From an uncultured Spirosoma sp. (lineage in GTDB: Bacteria; Bacteroidota; Bacteroidia; Cytophagales; Spirosomataceae): DNA of 64,000 bases. The position numbers and the translations under genes are program-made. The stretch spans positions 2,457-66,456 of the forward strand of contig CAZOQC010000017.1 in assembly GCA_964581865.1 (NCBI GenBank), read 5' to 3'. The notes under the pieces are model-generated. The model saw nothing but the letters and a program-made list of their open reading frames with translations. It did not search any database and had not been told where the DNA came from. Below are positions 60,573-64,000 of this stretch, piece after piece. How positions within the stretch are numbered: position 1 is the first letter of the stretch; every line of letters starts with the position of its first letter.

Positions 60573-61637
60573 TTAGTTGTTGGCTGGGCAGCAATCTGCG
60601 TAGTTTTCGATTCTGCGTTCACGAGTGTTGCCCAAGTTGTCCCTCTCAGTGTATGCTAGTACACAACTACCTACGCAAAAATTACTGCCAGCCACCCGCG
60701 TCCATGTTCTGCTTACTACAGTGCGTTGGGAAATAGTCGAACGTCGCTCAACCGTTACTAGGGTAGGAGTTGACGTGCAATTCGTAGTAAACTGCTTATT
60801 GGCTCGTTGCTCGTTTTGAACAGCGACAACAGTAACAGATTTACCGCTGCGCATAGTCTCCGGTACAGTAAGCTTATTGCTAGGTTGCCCTGCACTAAGT
60901 CCTGCAATACTATACATAATTGGACTACTGTCTCCGCCCACAGTCTTTACTGTAAAAGTACCTGAGTGGCAATCTTGTTCTATGTCAGTGATCGTCAGTT
61001 GAGACGATGCGGCAGTGCTGGGTGGATCGATGAGCAAAGCGATCGTTGCTTTCGAATTGCTGCAAAGTATAGTCTCAATCTGCTTCCTGACTAACCCAAT
61101 GTCAGAAAACGCTTTGTATTTTTTTGCGTTTAGTTCTAGTGAATCGACCCGTTTAGTCGTCAAATAAACAACTAATGAATCTGCGCTCAGGTCGTTGTTT
61201 GATAGAACGTATGATCTGAAAAGACTGTCAGACTTTGTTGCGATTTTTCCTGTTAGAGAGGACGGAATAATTGTTTTTTGCAAGTGCTCTCCCAAAAGCT
61301 TAAACTCTCTATTCATCGTCGTTCGAGTAAGACTAGACCTTTCGGCTGGGTATGCAATAGACGTATCAGAATTGGCTATGTCTGCTCTGATTAAAGATGG
61401 GTCTAATATGACCGTGTCTTTGCACGGTCTCTCAATATGCATACCACTTAACAGAGTGATGCCGTCCAACGAAAGTTTATTGCCTTCGTTGAAAAGTGTC
61501 GTTGGCTTATTTGTGAAGATTATTTTCAGATTTACTCGGTCTATCTTCTCACCACCACCGCACCCTGTAAGAATTTGGCATACTGTTGCTAGGGCAATAA
61601 TCTTAGCCGTAGTGTATCTTGTTACATAAGTGTGCAT
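60573..61637 (-). CDS. Orphan lipoprotein with an SprB-like Ig repeat and a Cys-rich C-terminus
   Basis: The ATG at 61637 gives MHTYVTRYTTAKIIALATVCQILTGCGGG, with a lipobox. The segment CHSGTFTVKTVGGDSSPIMYSIAGL...VTVVAVQNEQ...NC resembles an SprB repeat. The C-terminus is ...CVGSCV...ADCCPANN. GC is low. Confidence 0.5.
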   Translation of the reverse strand: MHTYVTRYTTAKIIALATVCQILTGCGGGEKIDRVNLKIIFTNKPTTLFNEGNKLSLDGITLLSGMHIERPCKDTVILDPSLIRADIANSDTSIAYPAERSSLTRTTMNREFKLLGEHLQKTIIPSSLTGKIATKSDSLFRSYVLSNNDLSADSLVVYLTTKRVDSLELNAKKYKAFSDIGLVRKQIETILCSNSKATIALLIDPPSTAASSQLTITDIEQDCHSGTFTVKTVGGDSSPIMYSIAGLSAGQPSNKLTVPETMRSGKSVTVVAVQNEQRANKQFTTNCTSTPTLVTVERRSTISQRTVVSRTWTRVAGSNFCVGSCVLAYTERDNLGNTRERRIENYADCCPANN

Positions 61638-61644
61638 ATCGGGA

Positions 61645-62640
61645 CTAGTTTTGTGTATTACCTGTGATGATATTTTGATTTGCACTCACGCCATTGATTG
61701 TCGGAGAATTTATAGCAGCTACGTTGGATTGAGTGCCGGGATTGTTTTGCATGCTAACTCCATTCGGAAGAGTTCCTAGCGATTGAAGTTGATGCTTCAA
61801 TCCCTCTTTTGCGATTACACTTTGCGCAATTTGACTTTGCTGAGCATTAATGAAACCAACGAGTTCTTTGTCAGTCATTATACCTAGTGTCTCGAAGAAA
61901 TACGTGCCTTTGCTATCTACAGAAATTCTATGTAATCCAATTTGAGCGGTATTGAGCGCAACTAGGGCGCCATCTACTAGTATAGGTTGCTTATTGACTA
62001 TGTTTATAGCGAATCTGCCACCGCCCGTCTTCAAGTATTGATTGTATTCGCTGTTGACAAACCAGTAATATCTGGATGTATAAATGAAGTAACCTGTGTA
62101 AGTAATATGTAAGGCCGCACCTAACAAATAGCATACTAGAACCGCACCTGATATGGCGTCTATATAGATGTAGGCCACGTAAAAGAAGGCAAACTTTATA
62201 CAACCCGAAAGAAAAATTAAGGCATAAAAAAAATTAGTCCAGATTTTGTACTTGCTTATTTCACCTTGTAGGTTTTGAATGTGAATAGGATTGGATGTTA
62301 TGACTAGTTGATTTTTGGCGACAAGAATTTTGCTGTGCCACAGATGAGAAGCTATAGCCAGCGCTATGTCTATCAATATTGCTGCGGCTACGGCTTCCCA
62401 TAGTAGGCCTTGTGCAATGCCGTACACGGTTGGGATGATCTCCAATAACAATATGCCGAAGAAGGCAAGCATTTGTGTCGAGTAATCTGTTGTTTCGCAC
62501 AGGCCAGGCAATGTTACACCAAAATTGAGTTCGTTCTTTTTGGTATAAAACCAACGTCTTTTGGTGGAAAGGGACGGGTCAAATGGATTATTATTCAGTT
62601 GTCCTATTGGCGGAAAAGTGAATTGCTTGAAACTCAACAT
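61645..62640 (-). CDS. Orphan 4-TM membrane protein with a soluble C-terminal domain and a Q/N-rich tail
   Basis: The 331-aa product has four hydrophobic helices between about residues 57 and 195, then about 130 soluble residues. I recognised no family. GC is low. Its stop lies 7 nt from the next gene's ATG. Confidence 0.5.
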   Translation of the reverse strand: MLSFKQFTFPPIGQLNNNPFDPSLSTKRRWFYTKKNELNFGVTLPGLCETTDYSTQMLAFFGILLLEIIPTVYGIAQGLLWEAVAAAILIDIALAIASHLWHSKILVAKNQLVITSNPIHIQNLQGEISKYKIWTNFFYALIFLSGCIKFAFFYVAYIYIDAISGAVLVCYLLGAALHITYTGYFIYTSRYYWFVNSEYNQYLKTGGGRFAINIVNKQPILVDGALVALNTAQIGLHRISVDSKGTYFFETLGIMTDKELVGFINAQQSQIAQSVIAKEGLKHQLQSLGTLPNGVSMQNNPGTQSNVAAINSPTINGVSANQNIITGNTQN

Positions 62641-62683
62641 GGGGGATGTGAAATTTAGGTTGACGTTATGATAAAAATCTAGT

Positions 62684-64000
62684 TTACTGCTTCGTTATGG
62701 TGCGGATGACGGGGGTGTTCGTGTCGCTGAGTACGCGTAGATAATACTGGCCGGTCGGTTGGGTACTTAACTGAAACTGCTCGGTCTGGCGGAGAGTCGT
62801 TGCGGTTCGGGTTGCCTGACGGATAATGCGCCCTGCTGCGTCGACGATCTGCAAGGTGATCGACTGGCGCGTGGGTGAACTCCAGTCGACGGTGAGGTCG
62901 CCGGGGGTAGGGTTGGGGTAAGCGATTACGGTTAGTGGCTCGGCTATGGGCTGGGCAGCAAGTGGTGACCGGATTGTCAGCGTATAGGCACTACCGTTGT
63001 CGCCCAAACCGCAGGCACTTTGCAGGTTTGTGATGCTATAGGCTCGGGTGGCCGTCGGACGTACCCAGCTTACGTACAGCGAATCCTGCGTGGTGATAGG
63101 TTTGCCCGTCCAATCGGTAAATGTCCAGGGACCGTCGCCAGTCAGGCGTACGCGCAGTGCCGTACTGTCGCCGGGGTAGATAGATCCGTCGCCGGAGATA
63201 CGGGCGGTGGCCCGGTTCGCCACCCGCACCTCAACAGAGCTGGTAGCACTTTCGCAGTTGTTGCCGTCGCGCTGCGTAACGTAGTACAGTTTGCTGCTTA
63301 CAGTACTGACCGACGGCAGAATACTGGCCGCTGTCGGACCAGACCGGTCGGCGTTCACGTACCAGGTCAATCGGCCGGTAGCGGTAGCCGAGAGCGGGGT
63401 CGCGGTGTTGCCCAGGCAGAAGCTGACTGTCGATTGCACACGGGGTGCTTCCGGCTGGGGGTTTACGGTGTATGTGATTCGCGCTGCGGGGCTGGTACAG
63501 CTACCCGCCTGTTGCGTAACCAGATAAGTGAATGTGCCGGGATCTTTTGTCGAGGGTGTCGGGGCAATGTTTGTGCTGCCGCTGATACCCGTTCCCTGCC
63601 ACATGAGCCCGGTACCGGGGCTGGCTGTTAGCGGCCCCACGACCGTGTTCTGGCAGGCGAACTGCTGCGCCGTCACCGACGGGGTGGCCGGAGCCGCTAC
63701 TACCGATACGGATACCGGCTGACGCAGGCTTTCACAACCGCTTGCATCAACCTGCGAGACGTAAAACGTGAACACGTTGGGCGACTGCGTTAGGAAAGTT
63801 GGAGCGGTAGCCGAGGCTGTACCACCCGATGCCGTTTGGTACCAGCGGAAAGCCGTACCGCTGCCCGTAGCCGTCAGTGACTGTGGCGTGTCGCCAACGC
63901 AGTACCGGTATGGGTTGGCCGTTGGCATAGCCGGAGCAGCCTGCACTACGACGCTGACTGTTGCCTGCGCACTCTGGCAGCCGTTGACCGTTTGCGTAAC
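62684..64000 (-). CDS. T9SS cargo protein with repeated Ig-like (CHU_C-associated type) domains (partial; N-terminus lies beyond the right edge)
   Basis: The frame stays open from 63946 to 64000 (VTQTVNGCQSAQATVSVV...), so the true start is outside the window. The pattern YCvGdt..sLTAtG....WY....GG......P.......f.YYVSQ....CES.R..v.V.V repeats. The C-terminus, IAYPNPTPGDLTVDW...YYLRVLSD.., is a T9SS C-terminal domain. Confidence 0.75.
   Translation of the reverse strand, partial: VTQTVNGCQSAQATVSVVVQAAPAMPTANPYRYCVGDTPQSLTATGSGTAFRWYQTASGGTASATAPTFLTQSPNVFTFYVSQVDASGCESLRQPVSVSVVAAPATPSVTAQQFACQNTVVGPLTASPGTGLMWQGTGISGSTNIAPTPSTKDPGTFTYLVTQQAGSCTSPAARITYTVNPQPEAPRVQSTVSFCLGNTATPLSATATGRLTWYVNADRSGPTAASILPSVSTVSSKLYYVTQRDGNNCESATSSVEVRVANRATARISGDGSIYPGDSTALRVRLTGDGPWTFTDWTGKPITTQDSLYVSWVRPTATRAYSITNLQSACGLGDNGSAYTLTIRSPLAAQPIAEPLTVIAYPNPTPGDLTVDWSSPTRQSITLQIVDAAGRIIRQATRTATTLRQTEQFQLSTQPTGQYYLRVLSDTNTPVIRTITKQ

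Noticed and set aside
60505-62683. Tn7-like or CAST transposon at the glmS attachment site
   Set aside because: There are no tnsA/B/C-like, integrase or Cas genes. I could not find terminal inverted repeats or a target-site duplication. I saw only several copies of the hexamer GTTTAC near 60508-60560 and one near 62673, which is too short to be meaningful. I keep the region only as a compositional island with orphan cargo.

Overview
This window is a chromosomal segment of a fairly GC-rich Bacteroidota genome, with most hand-counted lines at roughly 55-62% GC. It looks like a Cytophagales (Spirosoma/Fibrella-like) organism. That call is an inference from the T9SS C-terminal sorting domains, TAnnTTTG-type promoter boxes, lipoprotein and signal-peptide styles, and the gene content.

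The left 41 kb holds housekeeping and accessory genes:
- Peptidases of families M24 and M28, plus lpdA and purF.
- A metal-homeostasis-looking block on the + strand: COG0523 GTPase, an FAD oxidoreductase, a TonB-dependent siderophore receptor, two DUF3526/ABC-2 permeases and an ABC ATPase. A PIN toxin-antitoxin pair lies antisense inside this block.
- A GH3/beta-lactamase fusion, a Cys/Met PLP enzyme and an APC permease.
- A SusC/D-less glycan-degradation cluster: GH16, GH27, GH43, GH88/105 and a heparinase II/III-like protein.
- A run of secreted peptide-processing enzymes.

Positions 41.5-56.7 kb are filled by two adjacent giant T9SS cargo genes of about 1846 and 3133 codons.
- The first carries an endonuclease/exonuclease/phosphatase (EEP) nuclease core.
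- The second carries autotransporter-type beta-strand repeats, Calx-beta, CARDB, a lamin-tail domain and a phytase-like beta-propeller.
- Both end in the same array of Ig-like modules and three copies of a Cys-bracketed module of about 88 aa that I cannot assign to any family.
- They share a 443-nt tract of perfect identity.

After panC, a short glgA and glmS comes a 2.1-kb island at about 40% GC, directly downstream of glmS. It encodes an orphan 4-TM protein and an orphan lipoprotein. A further T9SS Ig-repeat protein then runs off the right edge.

Intergenic DNA is unusually structured. I found at least three families of long palindromic REP/MITE-like elements, G-tract tandem repeats and inverted 8-mer arrays.

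I recognised no rRNA, tRNA, CRISPR array, transposase or integrase. All homology statements rest on motif recognition by eye, not on searches.
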